Shown here: in pieces, positions 33,275-45,567 of the stretch
Layout of the letters: every line of letters starts with the position of its first letter
Numbering within the stretch: position 1 is the first letter of the stretch
Assembly (NCBI RefSeq): GCF_009914755.1
Contig: NC_060943.1
DNA length: 64,000 nucleotides
Direction: 5' to 3' (one strand)
Source: the human T2T-CHM13v2.0 reference genome, Homo sapiens
Notes under the pieces: model-generated
What the model saw: the letters and a program-made list of their open reading frames with translations, nothing else
What the model was told of the DNA's origin: nothing
The model's database searches: none
Translations under genes and position numbers: made by a program

Positions 33275-34243
33275 TGAAGGGGTGGGTTGCCCCTCCACAC
33301 CTGTGGGTGTTTCTCGTTAGGTGGAACGAGAGACTTGGAAAAGAAAAAGACACAGAGACAAAGTATAGAGAAAGAAATAAGGGGAGCCAGGGAACCAGCG
33401 TTCAGCATATGGAGGATCTCGCCAGCCTCTGAGTTCCCTTAGTATTTATTGATCATTTGTGGGTGTTTCTCTGAGAGGGGGATGTGTCAGGGTCACAAGA
33501 CAATAGTGGGGAGAGGGTCAGCAGACAAACACGTGAACAAAGGTCTCTGCATCATAGACAAGATAAAGAATCAAGTGCTGTGCTTTTAGATATGCATACA
33601 CATAAACATCTCAATGCTTTACAAAGCAGTATTGCTGCCCGCATGTCTCACCTCCAGGCCTAAGGCGGTTTTCCCCTATCTCAGTAGATGGAACGTACAA
33701 TCGGGTTTTATACGGAGACATTCCATTGCCCAGGGATGGGCAGGAGACAGATGCCTTCCTCTTGTCTCAACTGCAAGAGGCATGCCTTCCTCTTATACTA
33801 ATCCTCCTCAGCACAGACCCTTTACGGGTGTCGGGCTGGGGGACGGTCAGGTCTTTCCCTTCCCAAGAGGCCATATTTCAGACTATCACATGGGGAGAAA
33901 CCTTGGACAATACCTGGCTTTCCTAGGCAGAGGTCCCTGCGGCCTTCCGCAGTGTTTGTGTCCCTGGGTACTTGAGATTAGGGAGTGGTGATGACTCTTA
34001 AGGAGCATGCTGCCTTCAAGCATCTGTTTAACAAAGCACATCTTGCACAACCCTTAATCCATTTAACCCTGAGTTTGACACAGCACATGTTTCAGAGAGC
34101 ACGGGGTTGGGGGTAAGGTCATAGGTTAACAGAATCTCAAGGCAGAAGAATTTTTCTTAGTACAGAACAAAATGGAGTCTCCTATGTCTACTTCTTTCTA
34201 CACAGACACAGTAACAATCTGATCTCTCTTGCTTTTCCCCACA
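33275..34243 (-). mobile_element. HERV-K(HML-2) solo LTR (LTR5_Hs/LTR5B)
   Basis: 969 bp; minus strand tgtggggaaaagcaagagagatcagattg...ccaccccttca; exact 5-bp TSD aaaga (33270-33274/34244-34248); TATAAAA at 33706-33712 and AATAAA at 33445-33450 (minus). Confidence 0.97.
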
Positions 34244-35079
34244 AAAGACAGAAAACAGACAATAATACCTCCATTCCAGCCAAACAGCACAAAATAAAAG
34301 AGCGACCCCATTCCCATCATGCCAGCCAAGGTTGAGAGGAACCTGGACTTTTGCCCTCTGAAGGCTGTAACCAGGTATCCCAACACTCCCACTGGGGTGG
34401 AATCAGTAAAAGCAAAACAGGGAGCCAGGACTTTCATCCCCACTAACTGGTGACAAGGCCCTCTCTGCAGCAGTATTAGTGAAGACTGAGGAGCCTGGGC
34501 TTGTACCCCCACCTAGCAGCAACAAGATGCCTGCCCCCTCCCCATTGGGGTGGTGTCAGAGCAAGCCTAGTGGAGATTACAACTTTCACAATTGGCCAGT
34601 GGTAAGAAGACCAGCCCCATATACCACAGTGTCAGTGGAGACCAAATGGGAAGCTAGAATTCCCACTCTTACCCAGCAGCAACAAGGAGCTCCTCCACCC
34701 AGCTTGAGTATCAACAGAGGCTAAGGGGAATCCATGACTTCTACCTCAACAAGGTAATGGCCACCTACCCCCATCTTTTATCTTTCTGCAGAAATGTCAG
34801 AGAAGTTAGAGAAGATCCAGACTTTCATAATGTAATACAAAAAATGTCCAGGATTCAAATGAAAATTACTTGTCATACCAAGAACCAAGAAGGTGTCAAA
34901 TTGAATAAGACAATCAACTGATGCCAAAACCAAGATGTCAGAGATGACAGAATTAGCTGACAATAATTTGAAAGCAGCCAGGATAAAAATGCTTCAATGA
35001 GGAATTATAAACATACTTCAAACAAATGAAAAATGAGTCTCAGCAAAGAAATAGAACACAGAAATAACCCAATTAAAAT

Positions 35080-37920
35080 TTTATTTTTATTTTTTATTTC
35101 AATAGCTTTAGGAGTGTAATATAGTTTGGATATTTGTCCCCACCCAAATCTCATATTGAATTGTAATCGCCAATGCTGAGGGTAGGGTTTGGTGGGTGGT
35201 GTTTGAGTCACGGAGGCAAATCTCTCTTGGCTTGGTTCTGTCTTTTCAATAATAAGTGAGTTCTTGTGAGATGTGGTCATTTAGTGTGTGCCCCCTCCTA
35301 CCCCCTTTCACTTGCTCCTGCTTTTGCCATGTGAGGTACCTGCTCCCTTTTTGCCTTCCACCATGATAGTAAGCTCCCTGAGCCTCCCTAGAAGCTAAGC
35401 AAATGCCAGCATCATGCTTCCTCTAAAGTCTGCAGAACCATGAGCCAATTAAACCTCTTTTCTTTTTAAATTACCCAGTATCAGGCATTTCATTACAGCA
35501 ATGCAAGAACAGCCTAATACAGAAAACTGGTACCAAGGAGTGGGGCATTGCTTTAAAAACACCTGAAAATGTGGAGGCAGCTTTGGAACTGGGTAATAGC
35601 AGAGGTTAGAAAAAGTGTGGAGGGCTCCAAAAAAGACAAGAAGATGAGAAAAAGTTTGGAATGTCTTAAAGACTGGTTAAATGATTGTGACCAAAACGCT
35701 GATAGTGATAGGGACAATGAAGCCCAGCCTCAGATGGACATGAGAAACTTACTCAAAACTGGAGAAAAGGTCATGTGTGTTATGCCTTGGCAAAGAGCTT
35801 GGCTGCATTCTATTCATGCCCTAGGGATCTGTGGAAGTTTGCACTACAGAGTGATGACTTAGGGTATCTGGCAGAAGAAATTTCTAAGCCACAAAGCACT
35901 CAAAAAGTGGCCTGGCTGCTGCTTCCAACAATCTACACCCAGATGCAAGAGCAAAGGAATGACTTTAAGTTGGAGCTTTAAAGGGGGGGCAGAGCATAAA
36001 AGTTTAGAAAATTTGCAGCCTGGCCATGTGGCAGAGAAAGAAAAAGCTTTCTGGGGGAGAATTCAAGCAGGCTGCGGAACAACTACTTGTTAGATACTTG
36101 CGTGACTAAAAGGGATCCAAGTGCTAATATCCAAGACACTGGGAAAAAGGTCTTGAAGCCATTTCAGAGCTCTTCTCAGCAGCCCCTCCTATCACAAGCC
36201 CAAAGGCCTAGGAGGGAAGAATTGTTTGGGTGGCCAGGACAAGGTTCCCAAAGCCTGCACAACCTCAGGACAGTGCTCCCCACATTCTGGCTGCTCTGGC
36301 TCCAGCTGTGGCTCAAAGAGTTGCAGATACTGCTTGTGCCTCCAATCCAGAGTGGGTAAGCCACCATAGGCTTTGGCAGCTTCCACATGGTGTTAAGCCT
36401 GTGAGTGCACAGAGCGTAAGAGTGAATGAGGCTTGCTACTCTCTACATAGATTTCAGAGGACATACAGAAAAGCCTGGATGTCCAGACAGAAGCCTGCTG
36501 TAGGGGAAGAGCCCTCATGGAGAACCTCTACTAAGGCAGTGCCTACAGGAAATGTGGGGATGGAACTCCTAGAGTCCCCACTGGAGCATTGCCTAGTGGA
36601 GCTGTGAGAAGCAGGTGACCAAACTCCAGATCTGAGAATGGTAGATCCACCATCAGCTTGCACCCTGAGCCTGGAAAAGCCACAGGCACTCAACAGCCAG
36701 TGAGAGCAGCTGCAGGAGCTGAACTCTGGAAAGGCACAGGGGAAGAGCTGCCCAAGACCTTAGGAGCTCACCCCTTCCATCAGTGTAACCTGGGTGTGGG
36801 ACACAGAGTCAACGGAGATTATTTTGGAGATTTAAGATTTCATGACTTCCCTGCTGGGTTTTAAACCTGTATGAGGCCTGTAACCCCTTTCTTCTGCCTG
36901 GTTTCTCCCTTGTGGAATGGGAATGTTTACCCAATGCCTATAGCTCCATTCTATCTTGGAAGTACATAACTTCCTTTTGACTTGCCTTGTTCAGATGAGA
37001 CTCAGATGAGATTTTGAACCTTAAACTTTTGAACTAATGCTGGAATAAGTTAAGACTTTAGGGGACTATCAGGAAGGCATGATTGTTTTTTGCAATGTGA
37101 GAGAGACGCGAGATTTGGGAGGGTCCGGGGCAGAATGATATAGTTTGGATATACATTTTTCCCTGCCCAAATCTCATGTTGAATTGTAATCCCCAATGCT
37201 GAAGGTGGGGCCTGGTGGGAAGCTCTTGGACCATGGGGGCAGTTCCCTCATGGCCTGATGCTGTCTTCATGATAGTGAGTGAGATCTTGTGAGATCTGGT
37301 CATTTAAAAGTATATGACACCTGCAGTCCCTCTATCTCTCTTGCTCCTGGTCCAGCTAGGAGCTGCAATGTGCCAGCTCCCCCTCTGCCTTCTGTCATAA
37401 TAGTAAGCTTCCTGAGACCTCCCTAGATAGAAGCAGATGCCACTAGAAGCAGAAGCCACTATGCTTCCTATATAGCCTGCAGAACCATTAGCCAATTAAA
37501 CCCCTATTCCTATGAACTACCCAGCCTCACATATTTCTTTATAGCAGTGTAAGAACATCCTAATACAGAGTACACATGCTTTTTGGTTACAGGATGAATT
37601 ATAGAGTGGTGGAGAGTCTGGGATTTTAGAATATCCATCACCAAAATAGTACACATTGTACCCAACAGGTACTTTTTCATCCTTCACCCTCCTTCCAACC
37701 TCGCCTATTCTGAGCCTCCAATGTTGGTGATACCAGTCTGCAAGCCTCTGTATACCTAAAGCTTAGCTTCCACTTGTAAGTGACAACATGTAGTATTTGA
37801 TTTTCCACTCCTGAGTTACTTCCTGTAGAATAATGGCCTCCAGTTTGATCTAAGTTGCTGCAAAAGACATTATTTATTTTTCATAGTTCATTATTTTCTG
37901 AGTAGTATTTCATGATGTGT
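35080..37920 (-). mobile_element. L1PB-type 3'UTR fragment split by the MST provirus
   Basis: ttttatttcaatagctttaggagt|...|gagtacacatgctttttggttacaggatgaatt...ctgagttacttc. Confidence 0.7.
35117..37567 (+). mobile_element. Full-length MST MaLR element (LTR 35117-35521, internal 35522-37135, LTR 37136-37567)
   Basis: Two LTRs (t[g/a]atatagtttgga...ctaataca) flank a typical MaLR internal region (cctgaaaatgtggaggcagctttggaactgggtaa); TSD gagtg/gagta. Confidence 0.92.
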
Positions 37921-38856
37921 GTATATGTGTGTGTATATATATATATATAAAACACAAAAATAAAAATTTTAGAACTGAAGAATAATTAAATACCTCAATG
38001 ATAAGTTCAACAGCAGAATGAAAAGAACAGAGGAAAGAAACAGTGCATGGAAAGACAGAACAATAAAAATTTAAAAATTACCCTATCTGAACAATAGAGA
38101 GAAATTAAACTGAAAAATAAACGTAAACTGAGCTTCAGGGACCTATTGGACTATAAGAAAAGATCCAATATTTGTGTCATTACAGACCTGGAAGGAGAGG
38201 AGAAAAAAGGTGAGGCTAAAAAGGAAATAATGACTAAAAGCTCCCACATTTGGTAAGACACAATAAGCCCACAGAGTCAAGAAGCTGAGCAAACTCCACA
38301 CAGGATAAACTCAAATGAATCCATGAAATGATATATCATAATTAAATTACTGAAAGCTAATGGCAAAAACAAAAAAAAATATTGAAAGCATCAGTGAAAA
38401 TTTTACACCTTAGCCATTGGAGAGAAATTGTGATTGACAGCATCAGAAACCATGGATGCCAGACAAAAGAGGCCCAGTATTATTTAAGGGTGGAAAGAAA
38501 AGAACTGTCAATCCAGAATCCTATACCTGATAAAGATATTCTTCAGGAATGAAGAAATCAAAACATTCTAAGAAGAAGAGAAACTAAGATAATTAGCAAC
38601 CAGCAGATCTACTCTAATGGAATGGGTAAAGAAAGTTCTCTGAACAAAAGAGAAATAATAAAAGAGGGAATCTTGGAACATCAGAAAGGAAAAAGGGGCA
38701 AAAGCAAGCAAAAATACCAGTAAATAGGCTTTCCTTCTCCTCTTGAGTTTAAATTATGTTTGAAATTTGAAATGAAAATATTAGTATCGTCTAATGTGGT
38801 TCTAGATGTACATAAAGGAGATATTTAAGACGATTATAAAAAGAAGAAAAAGAAAT

Positions 38857-39330
38857 TGCAGGGAGCCAAAGGCTTGTGGGACGTGACCAACTCAGCATTC
38901 CACTGGAGGCTATATGATCAAACAACAAACTGTTTTTCATGAATGCAGGATGTGGGCAAACTCATGACTGCTCCTGCTGGCAGAAGGTTTGCTGGAGGCA
39001 ATCACTCCCTGGTGCTGAGGTTATCTGCCGTGACATCTACAGCCTGTTGTTCGAGGACTGCATTCTTGCAAGCCTACTCTGGACCAGGCAGCTGACCCCT
39101 TCTTTCATCCCCCTTCTCACTATCTCTTTTGCCTAATAAATATGGAAGACTGTGTAAAGCTCAGGGCCCTTGTCCACTAGAGGCAAGGTGCCCCCTGACC
39201 CCTTCTTCCAAATATACTCTTTTGTCTCTTGTCTTTTATTCCCACATTCACCCGGCTTTGTTTGGTCCCCCTAGGTCTGTGCGGGTTACATAGTGGTGCC
39301 CCAGTCAGCGACAGAATCGGGTGCTCCACA
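38857..39330 (+). mobile_element. HERV-K(HML-6) LTR3 (LTR3B-like) solo LTR
   Basis: tgcagggagccaaagg...gacgtgaccaactcagcattccactggaggctatatgatcaaac; aataaa; ends ...ctccaca; 6-bp TSD agaaat/agagat. Confidence 0.88.
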
Positions 39331-41679
39331 AGAGATGTAAAAAAAGCAGAGTTTCTCTACTTCACTTGAACTGGTGAATGAAGACACCAGTAAACTGTGA
39401 GGCTATGTACATATATTACCTGAAGCGATCACTAAAAAAATAGCTACACAAAAAGATATATTCAAAAACAAATGAAACTATGAAAACTGCTCAGGTAATC
39501 CACAGGATGGCAGAAAAATGCAAATCAAGAAATAAAAAGCAGAACAAACAGAAAACAACAAATAAAATAGACTAACGACTAAACATCAATAATTAAATGT
39601 AAATGGTCTAAAGACATTAAAAGACACAGATTGGGAGAGTGGATTAACAACATGACTCAACTATATGCTATCTACAACCAAATTTAAACAGAATAATATA
39701 GGCAAGTTGAAAGTAAAATAGTGGAAAAAGATATATCATGCAAACATTAATCAAGGGAAGGCAAGTGTGGTTATATTAATGTCAGATAAGGTAGACTTTG
39801 GAGCAAACAAAATTACCAGAGACAGATAATGACATTACATAATGAGAAATATGTTTCACCAAAATGACAACATAGCAATCCTAAATGGGCATACAACAAA
39901 TAACAGAACTGCAAGATACGTGAAGCAAAAACTAACAGAACTGAAAAGACAAACATATCCATACTTGTGCTTAGAGATTTTAGCAACCCTATCTCAAAAA
40001 TTGACACAATTACTAAACAGAAAATCAGAAAGAATACAGAAAAACTCAATAATACCACCTACCAATTTGATCTAGTTGACATTTATAGAATGAAATACCC
40101 AAAAACAGCAGAATACATATTCTTTTCACAGGGCCACTTTACACATAACAAGACAGACCACATCTTGGGCCATGAAACAAACCTCAACAAATTTCAAAGA
40201 GTTGAAATCATACACAGTGTTTTCTTACAACCATGGAATCAAACTAGGAATCAACAAAAAGATAACAGTAAAACTCCCAATACTTAGAAACTAACACTTC
40301 TAAAATCTGCATGGGTCAAAGAATGAAAATACAAAATATAAAAATATGTGGAACACAGCTAAAGTAATGCCAAGAGGGAAGTTTGTTAACATTAAGTGTG
40401 CACACTAGAAAAGAGGAAAAGTCTCAGATCAATAACCTATGCTTTCATGTGGAAAACATAGAAAAAGCAAAACAAACCCAAAACAAGCAGAAGGAATGAA
40501 ATCATAAAAACAACAAAAACCAAGGAAATTGAAAACAGAACAATTTTTAAACATCAATGAAACAGGGTTGGTTCTTAAAAGAGAGAGAACAAACGAACTA
40601 CCAGTATAGATTACCAAACAGAGATTATCACTACAGACCCTGCCGACATCAAAAGAATAAGGAAATACTACAAAAAATTCGATATATGTAAATTTGACAA
40701 CTTAGAAGAAATGGTCCAATACTGCTAAAAGCAAAAACTACCAAAATTTACTCTATATAAAATAGGTCATTTGAATAGCTCTTTACCTATTAAGAAAATT
40801 GAATTCATAATTTTAAAAATTCCAAAAGATAAATCTCCTGGCCCAGACGGTTTCATTGGAGAAATCTATTAAACATTTAAAGAATTAACAGTAATTCTAC
40901 AAAATCTCTTTTAGAAAATAAAAGAGAAAAAATACTTCAGAGTTCATTTTATGAAGCTAATATTAGTGATACCCAAACCAGACAAAGACGGGAGTACAAA
41001 AAAAACAAAACTGCAGACAAATATTCTTTATGAATATAGATGCAAAATTTCCTCACAAAACATTAGCAAGTATAATTCAGCAAAATATAAAAAGATTATA
41101 CACTATGGCAAAGTGGTATTTATGCCATTGAGGCAAGGCTGGTTCAAAATTTGAAAGTCAACCAGTATAACCTATCATTATTTTTTTTTCTAATAATAAA
41201 AATCAGGTGATCATCTCAAGAAATGCAGAAAAATACTTGATAAAGAATTTGATAAAGAATATCCATAAAAAAACTTGATAAAGAATATTCATAAAAAACC
41301 TAGTTAACCTCATTCTTAATGATGAAATATTGAATACACTCCCCATAACATGAAAAATAAAGTTAAGATATCTACTCTTATTCAAAATAGTGCTGGAAGT
41401 TCTAGCCAGTGCAATAAGGCAAGAAATTTAAAAAAAAAAAAAAAAAAAAAAAAGCTTACTAATCAGAAAAAAAAAAACAAAAAAAAAACGCAACTTTTGA
41501 TACTTATAGATAACATGATTGTCTACATAGAAAATCCCAAGGAATCTACAAAAACACTTTTATAACTAATAGGTAACATTCAGCAAGGTCAAAAAATACA
41601 AAATGAACATACAGAAATCAATTATATTTCTATATACTAGCAATAAACATATGAACATTGAACTTAAAAATATAGTATG

Positions 41680-42840
41680 ACAATCTAATAATAACAAGCA
41701 ATGGAGAAAAAACTCCCTATTCAATAAGTGGTGCTGGGATAACTGGCTAGCCATATGCAGAAGATTGAAACTGAACTCCTTCCTTTCACCATATTAAAAA
41801 ATCAACTGAAAATGGATTAAGGACTTAAAAGTAAGATCCAAAAGTATAAAAACCCTAGAAGAAAAACTAAAGAGCTACTGCAGAGTATCAGCAGTGTAAA
41901 CAACCTACAGAATGAGAGTAAATATTTGTAAGCTATGCATCTGACAAAAGTCTTAATGGCTAGAATCTATAAGAAAAAAAAACAGGCAAAAAACAAACCC
42001 ATTTAAAAATGGGCAACGGATATAAACAGACACTTCTGAAAAGAAGATATATGCATGGCCAACAAGCATATGAAAAAATGCTCAATATCAGTAATCATTA
42101 GAGAAATGCAAATAAAAGCCACAATGAGATACCATCTTACACCAGTCAGAATGGCCATAATTAAAGTCAAAAAATAGCAGATGTTGGTGAAGTTACAGAA
42201 AAGGTCATGCTTAAACACTCTTGGTGGTACTGTAAATTAATTCAGTCATTATGGAAAGCAGTTTCAAGATTTTTCAGTGAACTTAAAACACAACTACCAT
42301 TTGACCTAACAATCTTATTACTGGATATATACCCAAAGGAATATAAATCATTCTACCAAAAAGACACACAAACTCGTATGTTCATCGCAGCACTAGTCAC
42401 AATAGCAAAGATATGGAAACAACCTAGATGCCCATCAAGGGTGGACTGGATAAAGAAAATGTGGTAAATATATACCATGGAATACTGAGGCAGACATAAA
42501 AAAATCATGTCCCTTGAAGCAACATGGATGCAAATGGAGGTCATTATCCTAAGCAAATTAACACTGGAACAGAAAACCAAATACTGCATGTTCTCACTTA
42601 TAGATGGGAGCTAAGTACTCAGTACACATGGACACAAAGATGAGAACAACAGACAACAGAAGCTACTTTAGCGGGCAGAGAGGGAGGTGGATAAAGGTCA
42701 AAAAACTACCTATTGGGTACTATGCTCACTACTTGAGTGGCTAAATCATTTGCACATCAAACCCCAGTGACATACAATTTACCCATGTAATGAACCTGCG
42801 CATGTACCTCATGAATCTAAAATAAAAGTTGAAAAAAAAA
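41680..42840 (+). mobile_element. L1PA15/16-like 3' fragment nested in the L1MC
   Basis: ORF 42207..42467; 3'UTR aaactacctattgggtactatgctcactac...aaaataaaagttgaaaaaaaaa. Confidence 0.8.
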
Positions 42841-44907
42841 GTACAAAACACAAACAACAATTGTATGCTGAAGACTACATAATGTTGATGAAAGAAATCA
42901 AAGATCTAAATAAACAGAGAAATATGTTCACAGATTGGAAGACTCAACATAACAAAGATGTCAATTCTTCCCAAGTTTATATACGAGTTTATTAAAATTC
43001 CTTTCAAAATTTCAGCATCATTTCTTGTGGATATAAAATTATTCTAAAATTTATATTGAAAGGCAAAGAACTTGGGTAGCTGAAACAATTTTCAAAGAGA
43101 CCAAGTGGGAGAAATCACTCTATTTGATTTCAAGACGTAAATACAGCTACAGGTATTAGTGAAGAAACAGGACACTGATCAGTGAAACAGAATAGAGAAC
43201 ACAGAAATAGACCTATACAAATATTCCCAAACAATATTTGAAAAAAATGTAAAACCAGTTTATTGGAGGAAGGACAGTCTTTTCAAGAAATGGTAAAGGA
43301 GCAACTGGACATCCAAAGGCAAAAAAACGAACCTTGACCTAAACCTCACATCTTACAGCAAAATTAACTAAGAACTGGATTACAACTTTATATAAAATGT
43401 AAAACTATAAAAATTTTAGAAAAAAATAGGAGAAAATATTTGGAAATCTACAGCTAGGCAAAGAGTTCTTAAACTTAACACTGAAATGCTCAGTCCATAA
43501 AAGGAAAAATTGATGAATTGGACTTCATCAAAAATAAAAACTTTGCTCTGTAAAAGCCCATATAAAGAAGATAAAAAGACTAGCTACAGCGCAGCAGAAA
43601 GTATCCGCAAACCACATACCTGACAAAAGACTAGTACCTAGAATATATATAGAACTCCCAAAACTACAGTAAAAAAGGACAAACAATCCAATTAGAAAAT
43701 AGGCAAAAGTCACAAATAGACATCTCACTAAAGAGGATAGAAGAATGGCAAATAAGCCTATGAAAAAATGTTCAACACCGTTAACCACTACAGAAATAAT
43801 TAAAACCACAGTTAGTACTACACACCTATCAGAATGGCTAAAACAAAAAATAGTGAAAACACCAAATGCTTTCAGGATACGAAGAAACTGGATCACTTAA
43901 ACATTGCTAGTGGGAATCGAAAATTGTATAACCACTCTGGAGAACAGTCTGGAAGTTTCCTTAAAAAACTAAACATGCAACTGCCATAGGACCTACAATT
44001 GTATTCCTGGGCATTTACCCCTAAGAAATAAAAAGTATCTTCTCAGCAAAATCTGTACACAAATGCTTACAGCAGCTTTACTGATAATAGGCAAAAACTG
44101 AAAATAATCTAGATGTCCTCCAATGGGTGAATAAACAAACTACAGAACCACCACACGTTGGACTACTACCCAACAATAAAAAGGAACAAATTACTGGTAC
44201 ATACAGCTACTGGGATGAGGCTCCAGAGAATTGTGTTAAGTGAAAAATGTCAGTCCCACAAGGTCATATCCCAAAAGGAATGTGATTTCATTTTTAAAAC
44301 TTTTTTGAAATGATGAAATAACAGAAATGGAAAACAGATTAAGGTTTGCCAACAGTTAAGGAAGAGACTGATGGGAGAGGAAAGTAAGTGAGTGTGGCTA
44401 TAAAAGGGCAACCAGAGGAATCGCTGTGGTGATGGACGTGCTCCTCAGCCTAACTGAATGTCAGCATTCTGGCTGTGCTACGATACTGTGGTTTCATAAG
44501 ATGTCACCACTGGGCCAAACTGGTAAAGAGTGTACATACAGGATCTCTCTGTGTTATCTCTTACAACAGTAGTGAATCTACAATTACCTCAAAATAAAAA
44601 GTAATTAAATAAAAGCAACTGAGCTTTGACTGTTATAAAATTGTTTATAAAGTCATAATTTTAAGAGCCTAAAATTCTCTGAAAGTTACAGTAAATTGTG
44701 AGATTTATTATTTTTCTTACTAATCTATGTTTTGAAAATGCTACGTAAGAACCTTGTACAATTGAGCTTGCATGACTTAGTAGATATAAATGTCTGAAAT
44801 TCTTTGAAGAAAGAGAATAGGAGTCTGCACTTACATCTTGGTCTCATATTTTATATATTTATTTACAACTTAAACTCAAACTATTTCCCAAAAAGAGCTC
44901 ATCATAT

Positions 44908-45015
44908 CTTGTCACCATGTAAATCCAAGTTCTTCATTAAAAATGTGCGTGCTGTGCCTCATGCTACTTCACATGGCAGCACAATTTTCTGATGGAGTCT
45001 CCTTATGGTGAGTGC
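44908..45015 (-). pseudogene. SHCBP1: SHCBP1 pseudogene exon 10 equivalent (frameshifted, donor GT>AT)
   Basis: catcacag|THHKETPSENC...(frameshift)...FLMKNLDLHGDK|atatga versus VHRGKTTLENC...FLMKNSDLYGAK. Confidence 0.85.
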
Positions 45016-45567
45016 CTGTGATGAAAACACACAGCTGACTGCTTTAAGAAGTAATGTACCTTTTCCAGTATCAGGGACAGCCTGGAGCTGACATTAGATA
45101 TAGTCTAAATATTTAATAACTTCCATTTAAACTTGAATTCGAAATTCATAAAATACAAAACAATGACCGTTTTGAGCTATTTTCTCACATCTAAAAGTAA
45201 CATTCTTAAAAAAGAATGACTTGACCTCAGAAATGCAAAAGCACTTTTCATTACCACAAAAGAATATCAGAGATCAACTTTGCTCAGTATCTTGGGGAAA
45301 AAAGATCTTATTCAAGAAAGAAGACACAGATCTTAGGAAACAAATACTACTGCAATGTGAAGATAGCTAGTTTCAGTCTAGTGCTAAATTGAAAACAATG
45401 AATACAGACCACTACGTTGGAAAGTATTAAAAGAAAAAGATGACTGCACCGAGAAGAAATTAATATTAAACTAACACATTTTCAAGAATAGGCTGAACTA
45501 TTTTTTACTTCAGGGTAAGATTCCTAAGTTGTCATGCTGTGTACATAAATAATCAGCCTTCCAAGTA

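Larger units (their letters stand above)
33000..44610 (+). mobile_element. Near-full-length ancient L1 (L1MC1/2-like 3' end) hosting nested insertions; fills most of pseudogene intron 10
   Basis: 5'/ORF1-like 34250-35080 and 37960-38650; ORF2 remnants (39967..40287, 40951..41154, 41350..41565); 3' end ggatctctctgtgttatctcttacaac...caaaataaaaag. Confidence 0.75.

Noticed and set aside
35569-36864. ORF cluster in the MST internal region
   Set aside because: Fragmented MaLR internal sequence with no continuous frame
41235-41300. Short direct repeats ttgataaagaat
   Set aside because: Local slippage duplication within decayed L1 ORF2
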